From NCBI GenBank assembly GCA_944331805.1, contig CALVIS010000002.1, forward strand, positions 1 to 54,514: a stretch of DNA of 54,514 nt, given 5' to 3'. Shown here in pieces: positions 46,014 through 54,514 of this stretch; positions within the stretch are counted from its first letter, which is position 1, and every line of letters starts with the position of its first letter. The translations under genes and the position numbers were made by a program. The notes under the pieces were generated by a model that saw only the letters and a program-made list of their open reading frames with translations, did not search any database and had not been told where the DNA came from. This stretch comes from an uncultured Bacilli bacterium. Its GTDB lineage: Bacteria; Bacillota_I; Bacilli_A; RF39; UBA660.

Positions 46014-46394
46014 TGGTGGAGATGAGGAGATTCGAACTCCTGTCCAAAAATAAAGCTACATAAACTTCTACAAGTTTAGATGATTAAGAAACTTCGAACT
46101 ATTTTCTAGTAACCATCAACTAATAAAACAGTCCTAGTCTAAAAGATTCCATCATAGTCTAGACAAACTATAACTATATCCTGCTAAAATAAACCATCTT
46201 AACTTAACACAGGAAATTAAGAAAAGACAGTGCATTTACCTATACTAGGCGAAAGCTAACTCAGTGTTTTTATTAAATAAGTTAGCAAATGCTGTTTTAA
46301 TACTGTTTCCAGTTATATTTAATTTAGTTTGTAACGTAAACAACTCGACTTGCCATTTATGCTCTATTATTCCTGTCGAAACCAAAGCATCCCC
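46014..46394 (-). ncRNA. ssrA: tmRNA (SsrA)
   Basis: The reverse complement starts GGGGATGCTTTGGTTTCGACAGG and ends GGACAGGAGTTCGAATCTCCTCATCTCCACCA (tRNA-Ala-like acceptor/T-arm). The internal tag frame reads ...AFANLFNKNTELAFA, with stop TAG at 46245-46247. Confidence 0.9.
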
Positions 46395-46406
46395 AAATAC
46401 ACCTAT

Positions 46407-46435
46407 ATTATATCATAAAAGTATCAATGTATCAA
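46407..46435 (-). promoter_or_regulatory. Sigma-A promoter of ssrA
   Basis: Minus strand TTGATA-17 nt-TATAAT, 12 nt before the mature 5' GGGG. Confidence 0.6.
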
Positions 46436-46482
46436 CTACTTTTTTATACCAATAATTACCAATAAAAACTACAATTTTTAAG

Positions 46483-46511
46483 TTGCACATAAGAGCTTAA
46501 CATGATACTAT
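46483..46511 (+). promoter_or_regulatory. Candidate promoter of the small hydrophobic-peptide gene
   Basis: TTGCAC-17 nt-TACTAT. Confidence 0.5.
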
Positions 46512-46533
46512 TAAATTAGGAATATTTAGTTAT

Positions 46534-46727
46534 TTAGGTACTATCCCCCTAGCTTATATTTTATAATGTGAAAGGGGAGTTGATAATATGAGAAAAATAG
46601 AGAAATTCCTTTGTTATATCATATTTTCACTTGTTTTCATAATAATAGTTTTATTATTTATGTTAATAAAAATAGTACCTACTCCTTAGAGTGGTACTAA
46701 ACCAACAATAAACGGGATAGTACCTAA
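46534..46727. repeat. 14-nt perfect inverted repeat bracketing the small ORF
   Basis: ttaggtactatccc (46534-46547) and gggatagtacctaa (46714-46727), checked base by base. Confidence 0.9.
46588..46689 (+). CDS. 33-aa hydrophobic peptide (type I toxin-like)
   Basis: MRKIEKFLCYIIFSLVFIIIVLLFMLIKIVPTP. SD AAAGGGGAG lies 8 nt upstream. Below the ORF-track cutoff. Confidence 0.45.
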   Translation: MRKIEKFLCYIIFSLVFIIIVLLFMLIKIVPTP

Positions 46728-46823
46728 CAGCCAAAGCTAGATATTCCCTTTTTTAATTTATGCAAATTTCTTTTACATATTCATATTATCATAAAATTAT
46801 TATTAATTCAAGATACATGTCAC

Positions 46824-47261
46824 TTATTTGTATTTATTAAGTTTAGCAGCTTCTCTCTTCAAATCTCTTTCTTTAATGCTTTCTCTCTTATCATAGTTTT
46901 TCTTACCCTTACATAACCCAAGTTCTATTTTCGCTTTACCACGTACAAAATATAGTTTTAAAGGAATAAGAGTATATCCTTCTAATTTAAGTTTATTATC
47001 TAACTTTTTAATCTCACTTTTATGAAGTAATAACTTTCTACTTCTTGTCTCCTCATGATTAAAGATATTACCTTCTTTATAATGGTCTATAAACATATTA
47101 ACAAGATAAACTTCGCCACCTCTTATAATTGCATAACTATCTTTAATAGAAGCTTTACCGAGCCTTATAGATTTAATCTCTGTTCCTTTTAAAACAATTC
47201 CTGCTTCATATGTATCTTCTATAAAATAATCAAATTTAGCACGTCTATTAATAATCTCCAT
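46824..47261 (-). CDS. smpB: SsrA-binding protein SmpB
   Basis: NRRAKFDYFIEDTYEAGIVLKGTEIKSIR...HKSEIKKL. ATG 47261 follows GGAGTG. The GTG at 47270 would overlap the upstream stop. Confidence 0.92.
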   Translation of the reverse strand: MEIINRRAKFDYFIEDTYEAGIVLKGTEIKSIRLGKASIKDSYAIIRGGEVYLVNMFIDHYKEGNIFNHEETRSRKLLLHKSEIKKLDNKLKLEGYTLIPLKLYFVRGKAKIELGLCKGKKNYDKRESIKERDLKREAAKLNKYK

Positions 47262-47266
47262 TACAA

Positions 47267-48442
47267 TCACTCCAAACTAGGCATCTCTATATTACTATCA
47301 AGAGATAACACTATATTTTTATATGTCTCATAATAATCTCTATAACCAGGAAGTAATTCATCATTTAAACTAGTATAAGGATAAACAACAAAGTTTCTTT
47401 TCTTTCCATAAGTAGAATGTGTATATAAAAGTTCTGCTTTAGGATTTCTTAACTCTATCGTACTAACACCGTTTTCCACAGACTTGTGGATATCTATACT
47501 AGCCATTAATCCCGTAAGACGTTCTACTCCTTCTTGGTCAGATATAAAGTTACCTAATGAATATATTACCATAGTCTTTCCAATAAAGGCAATGGGCTCT
47601 ACTACATGAGGATGACTTCCAATAATAATATCAACACCAAGACTAGATAGGTAGTTAGCAATTTCCTGTTGTGATGCACTAACACTAGTAGAATATTCTG
47701 TTCCCCAGTGCATCGCTACTATTACAACATCTACCTTATCACGAACCTTATCAATATCCTCTTTCGCTTTCTCAGGACTATAGACATTATTTAGATATTC
47801 TTTACCACTAGGAGTCTCTAACCCATTAGTCCAAGTAGTATAAGAAAAGAAAGAATAAGTAATACCATTAATATCTTTAATAACCGGCTTATCTCTATCT
47901 TCAAAAGATAAATAACTACCAGCCGTATAAACATCATCTTTACTATTCCAATAGTTTAAAGAATTGATTACACCTTGTTCTCCTTTATCCATCGTATGAT
48001 TTGTTGCAAGACTAACTAAGTTAAAACCTGCATCAATAAAAGCATCACCTACTTCATAAGGAGAATTAAACCTTGGATAATTAGATAGGCCTAACTCTGT
48101 TCCACCCAAAATAGTTTCTTGATTGTAATATTTTAAATCATAATCTTTTATTAAAGGCTTAATCTCTTTTAACATCGGTTTAAAGTCATAGCCATCACCT
48201 GTATAAGCATCATTATAAACAGTACTATGAATTAAAGCATCTCCTACCATCACAAGTGAAGCATCCATCTCTTTGTTCTTACTAACTACTTCTTCTTCCT
48301 GTTTTTGTTCCTTTACATCATCTTTTTTAACATTATCATTAGTCAAGCGATAATAAAATCCTAAACTCGCTCCAAATAAAACACCAATAAAAAGAATAAT
48401 AACAAAACGACCTAATACTGTTAACTTTCTTCTCTTTCTCAT
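47267..48442 (-). CDS. CapA/PgsA-family metallophosphatase-like membrane-anchored protein
   Basis: TM anchor; MVGDALIHS, LATNHTMD, AMHWGTEYS and GSHPHVVEP motifs of the CapA family. ATG 48442 lies 1 nt after the rnr stop. Confidence 0.8.
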   Translation of the reverse strand: MRKRRKLTVLGRFVIILFIGVLFGASLGFYYRLTNDNVKKDDVKEQKQEEEVVSKNKEMDASLVMVGDALIHSTVYNDAYTGDGYDFKPMLKEIKPLIKDYDLKYYNQETILGGTELGLSNYPRFNSPYEVGDAFIDAGFNLVSLATNHTMDKGEQGVINSLNYWNSKDDVYTAGSYLSFEDRDKPVIKDINGITYSFFSYTTWTNGLETPSGKEYLNNVYSPEKAKEDIDKVRDKVDVVIVAMHWGTEYSTSVSASQQEIANYLSSLGVDIIIGSHPHVVEPIAFIGKTMVIYSLGNFISDQEGVERLTGLMASIDIHKSVENGVSTIELRNPKAELLYTHSTYGKKRNFVVYPYTSLNDELLPGYRDYYETYKNIVLSLDSNIEMPSLE

Positions 48443-48443
48443 C

Positions 48444-50534
48444 TTACAATTTCTTAACAATTTCAAAGTCAATAGTTTTCGCTTCTTTTGAAGCAGCTAC
48501 TACTTTAATTAAGACCCTTTCTCCAATAGTATATTTAATATGACTTTTCTCACCTACTAAAGTCATTCTCTCTTCATCAAAAGTAAAGTAATCATCCATA
48601 AGTCTAACAGGAACAAGTCCTTCTACTAAATTATCAAGCTCTACAAACATCCCAAAGCTCATAACTGATGATATCATTCCTTCAAATTCTTCCCCAATAT
48701 GACTTTCCATATATTCAGCCATCTTCATATCTTCAACTTCTCTTTCGCAGTCAACCGATGCTCTCTCCATTGCAGAAGAATGATCTGCTACAAACACCAA
48801 CTTCTCTTCATAATGATGAATAGTATGACTACTTAAATCATTATTAAATAAGTAAGTTCTTAAAAGTCTATGTACAGTAGTATCAGGATAACGTCTTATA
48901 GGAGAAGTAAAGTGTGTATAACATGAACTACCTAAACCAAAGTGTCCCACATTAGTAGGAGAATATATCGCTTTCTGCATACATCTAAGTAATAATGATG
49001 TAAGTATAGGTCCTTCTTTCTTATCATGAACAAACTTAAGTAGTTTTTGAACTGCCACACTCTTATTTCCTTTTAAGTCCCCTGTTACTTGATAACCTAA
49101 ATTACTAACAAAACTTAAAAAGTCTCTCATTTTATCTTCCTTAGGGCTTTCATGAATACGATAAATAAATGGTAAATCCATATTATATATATGAGATGCC
49201 ACACATTCATTAGCAGCGATCATAAAGTCTTCAATTAAGTTTTCACCAGTTCCTCTTTCTCTCTTTGTTATTTCATAAGGTACACAATTTTCATCTACAA
49301 GTATCTTCGCTTCATCAACATCAAAATCTAAGTACCCTCTTCTTACTTTCATTTTTCTAAGAATAGTAGCAAACTCACTCATAGTCTTCAAATCATCAAC
49401 AAACTCTTCATATCCTTCTGGCACAATATTTTTCTCTAAGATACTATTAACATTTTTATAAGTCATTTGTTTTCTAGATTTAATTACACTAGGGAAAATG
49501 TCATAATCAAGCATTTTACCTTCACTATCATATTTCATAACACAACTAATAGCAAGTCTATCAACATTAGGGTTTAATGAACAAATTCCATTAGATAACT
49601 CATGAGGTAACATTGGTATAACTCTATCAACAAGATAAACTGATGTTCCTCTATCCATCGCTTCTTTATCTAATGGACTTCCTTCTTTAACATAATATGA
49701 AACATCAGCGATATGAACACCAAGAGTATAAGTATCTCCACGCTTTTCAATAGATATCGCATCATCTATATCTTTAGTATCATCACCATCTATTGTAAAG
49801 ATAAATTCATTACGTAAATCACGTCTACCTTTTAAGTCCTCTTCTCTTACTTCCATAGGTAATGATTTAACTTCTTCTTCCACATCTTCTGGAAAACTAG
49901 TATTAATATCATATTTATATACAATTGATAAAATATCAACACCCGGATCATTCTTATGGCCTATTATTTTAACAACCTTACCCTCTGCTTTCTTATTACT
50001 AATTCTCTTAACAATCTCTACAACTACTTTATGTCCATCAACAGCATTAAGACTATTTTCTTTAGCAACTACAACCTCTAAATTAACTTTATCTTCATCT
50101 AAAGTAACATAACCAATATTATTTTTAAAGTTAATCTCGCCTACATAAGTATTACTTTCATGTTTTAAGACTTTAACAATTCTACCTTCTACTCTATCAA
50201 GACCTTTTTGACTAACTTGTTCAACAACTACTAAATCTCCATGTATTGCCCCATTTATATTTTCTTTAGGAATATAAATATCAACATCAGAGTTATCTAC
50301 ATCTACAAAGCCAAATCCTTTTTTATTGGAATGAAGAACACCTTTAAGTAAATGACTATCTTTAAATAACATATATTTATCTTTATTAGTATGATAAACC
50401 AAAGTCTCTACCTCAAGTTCTTTAAGTACTTTTAACAACTCTTCTAAATTACTAGTACCTAACTTCTCTTCTATTTCAAAAACAGTAAGACTCTTTCCCG
50501 CTTCTTCTAATATTTTTAATATATCTTCTCTCAT
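48444..50534 (-). CDS. rnr: Ribonuclease R
   Basis: N-terminal wHTH/CSD; FTIDGDDTKDIDDAIS, GICSLNP, HFTSPIRRYPD; S1 domain EGMISSVMSFGMFVEL. Conserved position next to smpB. ATG 50534 follows GAGGT. Confidence 0.92.
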   Translation of the reverse strand: MREDILKILEEAGKSLTVFEIEEKLGTSNLEELLKVLKELEVETLVYHTNKDKYMLFKDSHLLKGVLHSNKKGFGFVDVDNSDVDIYIPKENINGAIHGDLVVVEQVSQKGLDRVEGRIVKVLKHESNTYVGEINFKNNIGYVTLDEDKVNLEVVVAKENSLNAVDGHKVVVEIVKRISNKKAEGKVVKIIGHKNDPGVDILSIVYKYDINTSFPEDVEEEVKSLPMEVREEDLKGRRDLRNEFIFTIDGDDTKDIDDAISIEKRGDTYTLGVHIADVSYYVKEGSPLDKEAMDRGTSVYLVDRVIPMLPHELSNGICSLNPNVDRLAISCVMKYDSEGKMLDYDIFPSVIKSRKQMTYKNVNSILEKNIVPEGYEEFVDDLKTMSEFATILRKMKVRRGYLDFDVDEAKILVDENCVPYEITKRERGTGENLIEDFMIAANECVASHIYNMDLPFIYRIHESPKEDKMRDFLSFVSNLGYQVTGDLKGNKSVAVQKLLKFVHDKKEGPILTSLLLRCMQKAIYSPTNVGHFGLGSSCYTHFTSPIRRYPDTTVHRLLRTYLFNNDLSSHTIHHYEEKLVFVADHSSAMERASVDCEREVEDMKMAEYMESHIGEEFEGMISSVMSFGMFVELDNLVEGLVPVRLMDDYFTFDEERMTLVGEKSHIKYTIGERVLIKVVAASKEAKTIDFEIVKKL

Positions 50535-50614
50535 TCTATCGACCTCAATTCTTAATACCATTGTACTCTATATTTAGTATAATGTAAAAGAAAAAAGACA
50601 ATATTTCATGCCTT

Positions 50615-50830
50615 TTACATAAATGAATATACTAAACAAATTATAAAGAAAGCCGCTCCAAGTACCATAGTTATTCTTGTAATAACTAACTCACTACCTC
50701 TTTCTTTTCTATTTTTAAATAAATCAGTAGAGTTACCTGAAAGAATTTGAGCTGCACTTTCAGCTTTACCACTTTGTAATAGTACAATTATTATTAATAG
50801 TATTGATATAATTAATAGAGCTATTTGCAT
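50615..50830 (-). CDS. secG: Preprotein translocase subunit SecG
   Basis: 71 aa, two TMs, LLQSGKAES motif, and conserved synteny. Confidence 0.85.
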   Translation of the reverse strand: MQIALLIISILLIIIVLLQSGKAESAAQILSGNSTDLFKNRKERGSELVITRITMVLGAAFFIICLVYSFM

Positions 50831-50935
50831 AGTTTACACCTCCGTTTATACTAATAGTATTGCTTCAAAACATCATTAGTATAACATATTAATTAAATAA
50901 AAGCTAGTATTTATATAGTTAAGTCATCATTAATA

Positions 50936-51700
50936 TTATCTATGCAATATACTTTTACACATAGATTTAGAAAAATCACCTACTCTAGTATCATCTGAAG
51001 TTCCAATAGACTTTTCTAAACTTGAAATAAAGTTTCTTCCATTAGATACCTGTCTTACCCATTTAGATAATTGTCTTAAGTCTTCTTTACTTAAACTTTT
51101 ATCTTTAATCATTTCAAAATATAACAACTTTGCTATATAAAAATTAAACTTATTAATATTATTATCATAAATATTATAACCAGATTTATTCAAAATTTTA
51201 AACTTATCCATATCACACAAATGAACATAATCATAAGAATAAATATAACTACCTCTATTCAAGTCTTCAACTAGTATTTTATTTTTAGTAAAACTAGAGA
51301 AATCTTCATATAAATCATAGGCACATTCAATTAATTCTCCACAAGTAAAATCGCCACTATCTTTTCTAAGAGATAAATCTTTACTATTAGTAACATCAAA
51401 AATGTAATCCATTACAATACCACAAAAGACCCCATCTTCATCAAACATACACTCTAAAGGTTTAGCAGTTCTTTTTACATATAATTTATTCATAAAAGTA
51501 ATCGCTTTATCATATGTCATTAAAGATTTATCTTTACGCAAAGTAATATCATATTTTAAAAGTTTTAAAGCTAAATTATTAAATCTAAAAACAATACCAT
51601 CATGTCCAGATCCTATTTTTTCTAATTCAAAAATATTATCTATATGAGTATTACCATTATTAAAAATAACTGATTTTTTCATATTATCAAACTTTTTCAT
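50936..51700 (-). CDS. Protein-kinase-like (APH/ePK fold) protein with atypical catalytic loop
   Basis: EKIGSGHDGIVFRF (G-loop), LALKLLK (VAIK-like Lys), IVMDYI (hinge), VEDLNRGSYIY (catalytic-loop-like) and CDMDKF (DFG-like). ATG 51700 follows GGGGGTG. Confidence 0.5.
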   Translation of the reverse strand: MKKFDNMKKSVIFNNGNTHIDNIFELEKIGSGHDGIVFRFNNLALKLLKYDITLRKDKSLMTYDKAITFMNKLYVKRTAKPLECMFDEDGVFCGIVMDYIFDVTNSKDLSLRKDSGDFTCGELIECAYDLYEDFSSFTKNKILVEDLNRGSYIYSYDYVHLCDMDKFKILNKSGYNIYDNNINKFNFYIAKLLYFEMIKDKSLSKEDLRQLSKWVRQVSNGRNFISSLEKSIGTSDDTRVGDFSKSMCKSILHR

Positions 51701-51759
51701 AACCATCACCCCCAAAATTTATTATATTATACTACAAACTAGAAAAAAATCAAAAGAGC

Positions 51760-52989
51760 CTATTTACTAAGCTCTTCTTCTATTCTCATTAATTGATTAT
51801 ATTTACAAATTCTATCTGTTCTAGACATAGAACCAGTCTTAATTTGACCAAGGTCAAGTCCAACAGCAAGGTCGGCAATAGTAGTATCTTCAGTCTCACC
51901 ACTTCTATGAGAAATAATAGTTTTATAATTATGAGATTTAGCAAGTTCAATAGTCTCAAGTGTTTCTGTAATAGTACCAATTTGATTTACTTTTAATAGA
52001 ATTGCATTACCAGCTTTATTATCAATACCTTTTTGTAAACATTCTTTATTAGTAACAAATAAATCATCACCAACAAGTTGAATCTTGTCTCCAAGTAATG
52101 CTGTTACTTTACTAAATCCTTCCCAATCATTCTCATCTACTGGGTCTTCAATAGAAATAATAGGATAAGTATTAACTAAATCTTCATAGTATTTAATCAA
52201 CTCATCAGTACTAAGTACTTTACCTTCTCCTACAAGGTTATATTTACCATCAGAATAGAACTCTGATGCTGCAACATCAATTGCATAACAAACATCTTTT
52301 CCAGGTTCATATCCAGCACGTTTAACAGCTTCAGTAATCAACTCAAATCCTTCTTTATTAGTTTTAAGATTAGGAGCAAAACCACCTTCATCTCCAACAC
52401 TAGTAGCATATCCCTTCTCTTTTAAAACATTCTTAAGACTATGGAATACTTCAGCACCTACTCTAACTCTCTCATGAATAGTATCTCTTTGAGGTATAAT
52501 CATATACTCTTGAAAATCTAATGAGTTATCAGCATGAGCACCTCCATTTATAATATTCATCATAGGAACAGGTAAAGTCTTACCATCACCAACATACTCA
52601 TATAACTCTTTTCCACAAGCTTTTGCAGCAGCCTTTAAACAAGCCATAGAAACACCAAGTATTGCATTAGCACCTAATTTACTCTTAGTCTTAGTACCAT
52701 CTAACTCTAGCATTTTATAGTCTATTTCTTTTTGTTTAGTAACATCCATTCCAATTAGATTATCACGTAAAACAGTATTAACATTATTAACAGCATTTAA
52801 TACTCCTTTACCATTAAATCTACTCTTATCTCCATCTCTCATTTCTAAAGCTTCTCTTTCTCCTGTAGAAGCTCCACTAGGTACACAAGCCCTACCCATA
52901 ACACCATTATCTAGTATTACATCTACTTCAACAGTAGGGTTACCTCTTGAATCTAATATTTCTCTTCCTATAATATTTTTAATATTCAT
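51760..52989 (-). CDS. eno: Enolase
   Basis: [35 protein letters not shown]. Confidence 0.95.
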   Translation of the reverse strand: MNIKNIIGREILDSRGNPTVEVDVILDNGVMGRACVPSGASTGEREALEMRDGDKSRFNGKGVLNAVNNVNTVLRDNLIGMDVTKQKEIDYKMLELDGTKTKSKLGANAILGVSMACLKAAAKACGKELYEYVGDGKTLPVPMMNIINGGAHADNSLDFQEYMIIPQRDTIHERVRVGAEVFHSLKNVLKEKGYATSVGDEGGFAPNLKTNKEGFELITEAVKRAGYEPGKDVCYAIDVAASEFYSDGKYNLVGEGKVLSTDELIKYYEDLVNTYPIISIEDPVDENDWEGFSKVTALLGDKIQLVGDDLFVTNKECLQKGIDNKAGNAILLKVNQIGTITETLETIELAKSHNYKTIISHRSGETEDTTIADLAVGLDLGQIKTGSMSRTDRICKYNQLMRIEEELSK

Positions 52990-53025
52990 AAAATCATCCT
53001 CCTCTTGTCATCTATATTATAACAC

Positions 53026-53454
53026 TTATTTACTATTAACAGAATTATTTTTTCTTTTAATTAATCTTTTCCCTACACTTTCTCTATTTTCTAAAGCACT
53101 CGAATTATTAGAAATATACTCATCTAAATTAACACATCCATCATACATTCTTTTTTCTTCATTATAATAGAATATCTTAGGAGAAAATCCTCCTATTCCT
53201 TTAAAGAAACCATGTGGTAATGCTTCATCATAACCTAACTCTAAAGAAGTACTAACTAATTTATCAACTATATCAAAACTCTTATCAATAGTCGAATCCT
53301 TAGTATCTTTATACACAGGATAAAACTTAGCATTCTTAACTCCTAACAATGATGCCAAATGCAAATCTCTTTGAAGTTCAGCAACTACAGCAGTATTAGG
53401 ATTAAAAGGATATATCAAGCACATTTTTCTTTCACCTTCTAATTTTTCATTCAT
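53026..53454 (-). CDS. Hypothetical protein coupled to the Fic/Doc-like gene
   Basis: The start region overlaps or abuts the upstream stop (GTGA, or ATG 53454 after AAAGGGTGA). No motif recognised. Confidence 0.5.
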   Translation of the reverse strand: MNEKLEGERKMCLIYPFNPNTAVVAELQRDLHLASLLGVKNAKFYPVYKDTKDSTIDKSFDIVDKLVSTSLELGYDEALPHGFFKGIGGFSPKIFYYNEEKRMYDGCVNLDEYISNNSSALENRESVGKRLIKRKNNSVNSK

Positions 53455-53459
53455 TATTA

Positions 53460-54398
53460 TCACCCTTTCAAACTAACATAACATTTATCTTTTAAAAACT
53501 GCTTAATTTTATCAGTATCTTTTCCTTCGTAATACATAATTAACAGTTTCTTATAATCTTCCACCAAATCTCCAGGAATAGAGATAATACCTAATCCTCT
53601 TGATATCAAATGATGATTAGCAAAAATAACAGCAGTTCTCTTATTACCATCAATAAATATCTGCCTTTTCATAACATACAACAATAACTCTATTGCAAGA
53701 CTAACATCATCTAATTTACTATTTAAAATGTCTTTAAGCTCCTCTACTACCTGACTTTCTATAGGAATACTAGGTATCCAAGTCGTTCCACCTATCTTAG
53801 CAGGAGTACTCCTAACCTTACCTGCATTATAATAAAATCCTTCAAGAATTAACTTATTAACTTGTGATAAGAAAGAAAAGTTCTCTTCTGCCATAATAAC
53901 ATTCTCATCTAAAACAAATTCCCAAGCATGTTTTAAATTAATAACTTTTATAATATCAGTAGCAGTCATTCCATTTACTTGCCCATTGTTTAAAATATTA
54001 TTTACATTTTCATAAGCAGTAACAACACCTTCTAACATCGCTTGATTATAAATAGAATCTACCAAATTTCTCTTAGCAAAATCTATATTAAGTTTAACTT
54101 CATTACTAAGTTCACTCTCTTGATAATTTAACTCTTTTAATTTTTTCTCTAAAGTCTTTATTTCTTTCTTTAACTCTTTAGACTTTAAATTATTATTTAA
54201 AATCAAATTATATAAATCATCACTATATTCTCCCACATATTTAGATATATTCCTACCAAGCTCTCTATAGTGTACATAAATATATTTCTTTTCATCTTTT
54301 TCTCTAATTTCAATAGAACCAAAAATCATGTTATTAAGTTGTTCTTCTAAACTATGTTTATAATGTAAAGTGTCCATTATTTCAACATTATTATTCAT
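53460..54398 (-). CDS. Fic/Doc-family protein with degenerate active-site motif and N-terminal coiled coil
   Basis: GKVRSTPAKIGG plus QIFIDGNKRT (53634-53663, verified on DNA), where Doc has HxFxDGNKR and Fic has HPFxDGNGR. ATG 54398 follows AAAGGGA; the alternative start is 54422. Confidence 0.65.
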   Translation of the reverse strand: MNNNVEIMDTLHYKHSLEEQLNNMIFGSIEIREKDEKKYIYVHYRELGRNISKYVGEYSDDLYNLILNNNLKSKELKKEIKTLEKKLKELNYQESELSNEVKLNIDFAKRNLVDSIYNQAMLEGVVTAYENVNNILNNGQVNGMTATDIIKVINLKHAWEFVLDENVIMAEENFSFLSQVNKLILEGFYYNAGKVRSTPAKIGGTTWIPSIPIESQVVEELKDILNSKLDDVSLAIELLLYVMKRQIFIDGNKRTAVIFANHHLISRGLGIISIPGDLVEDYKKLLIMYYEGKDTDKIKQFLKDKCYVSLKG

Positions 54399-54432
54399 AA
54401 ATATCGTCCCTTTCTTAAACATATTTTACATC

Positions 54433-54494
54433 AAAAATAAAAAAGGAATGAAATTACATTTCATTCGTCAACCACTTCGTGGTTGTTTTCTTTT
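54433..54494. terminator. Two adjacent hairpins flanked by A/T runs (terminator of a gene beyond the right edge, insulating the Fic-like operon)
   Basis: gaatgaaat-tac-atttcattc (54446-54466), with a T-rich run after it on the minus strand. caaccac-ttc-gtggttg (54469-54485), followed by ttttctttt on the plus strand. Confidence 0.55.
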
Positions 54495-54514
54495 GTGCTA
54501 AAATATAATTATGG

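Noticed and set aside
46264-46455. 63-aa ORF on the plus strand
   Set aside because: It lies antisense to the tmRNA gene and its promoter. The tmRNA assignment explains the region.
51789-51996. Two short ORFs (63 and 67 aa) inside or antisense to eno
   Set aside because: They are embedded in the highly conserved enolase frame.

Overview
Strongly AT-rich chromosomal segment, roughly 25-30% G+C by eye (not computed). It looks like a low-GC Firmicute: standard genetic code, GGAGG-type Shine-Dalgarno sites, a CotF spore-coat gene pair, CIRCE-controlled clpB and cdaA-cdaR. This suggests a Clostridia- or Erysipelotrichia-like organism, but the taxon cannot be determined here. All product calls come from motif recognition by eye; no searches were run. 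About 60 CDS are supportable, mostly on the minus strand.

Backbone genes: GH31 glycosidase (partial), VanY/LdcB M15 peptidase, patatin-like lipase, TIGR01212 radical SAM, corA, fhs, tmk, N-domain-less clpB, S41 C-terminal protease, cdaA-cdaR, GNAT, tRNA-Thr(CGU), AAA+/DUF4143 ATPase, and a MacB-type fused ABC transporter. The conserved Firmicute block eno-secG-rnr-smpB-ssrA(tmRNA) is also present.

Accessory and unusual content:
1. A ~9.4 kb integrated element (about 36.6-46.0 kb) abuts the 3' end of ssrA. Its layout is large serine recombinase + XRE repressor, divergent Cro-like HTH, DUF1064, Prim-Pol/P4-type primase-helicase, then an AT-rich iteron region. I see no capsid, tail, terminase or lysis genes, so it resembles a phage satellite (PICI-like).
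2. The element's cargo is a four-gene operon of unrecognisable lipoproteins and membrane proteins with a divergent RHH regulator. This is my best candidate for an undescribed (exclusion/defence?) system.
3. A type-I-toxin-like locus lies between ssrA and smpB. It has a 33-aa hydrophobic peptide, a 14-nt 5'/3' complementarity and a convergent promoter.
4. A 15-codon leader ORF overlaps an intrinsic terminator upstream of a second RNase II/R paralog.
5. A C9/G9 tract lies upstream of a secreted protein with a TasA/SipW-type signal peptide.
6. A thioester-domain adhesin plus dedicated sortase sits behind four copies of a 15-bp palindromic motif.
7. A tyrosine-integrase 3' remnant is present. A 19-nt exact repeat links a cotF-like gene to the serine-recombinase gene end.
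8. A degenerate Fic/Doc protein and a kinase-like insert lie in otherwise conserved synteny.

No CRISPR array, rRNA, IS element or reverse transcriptase was seen.
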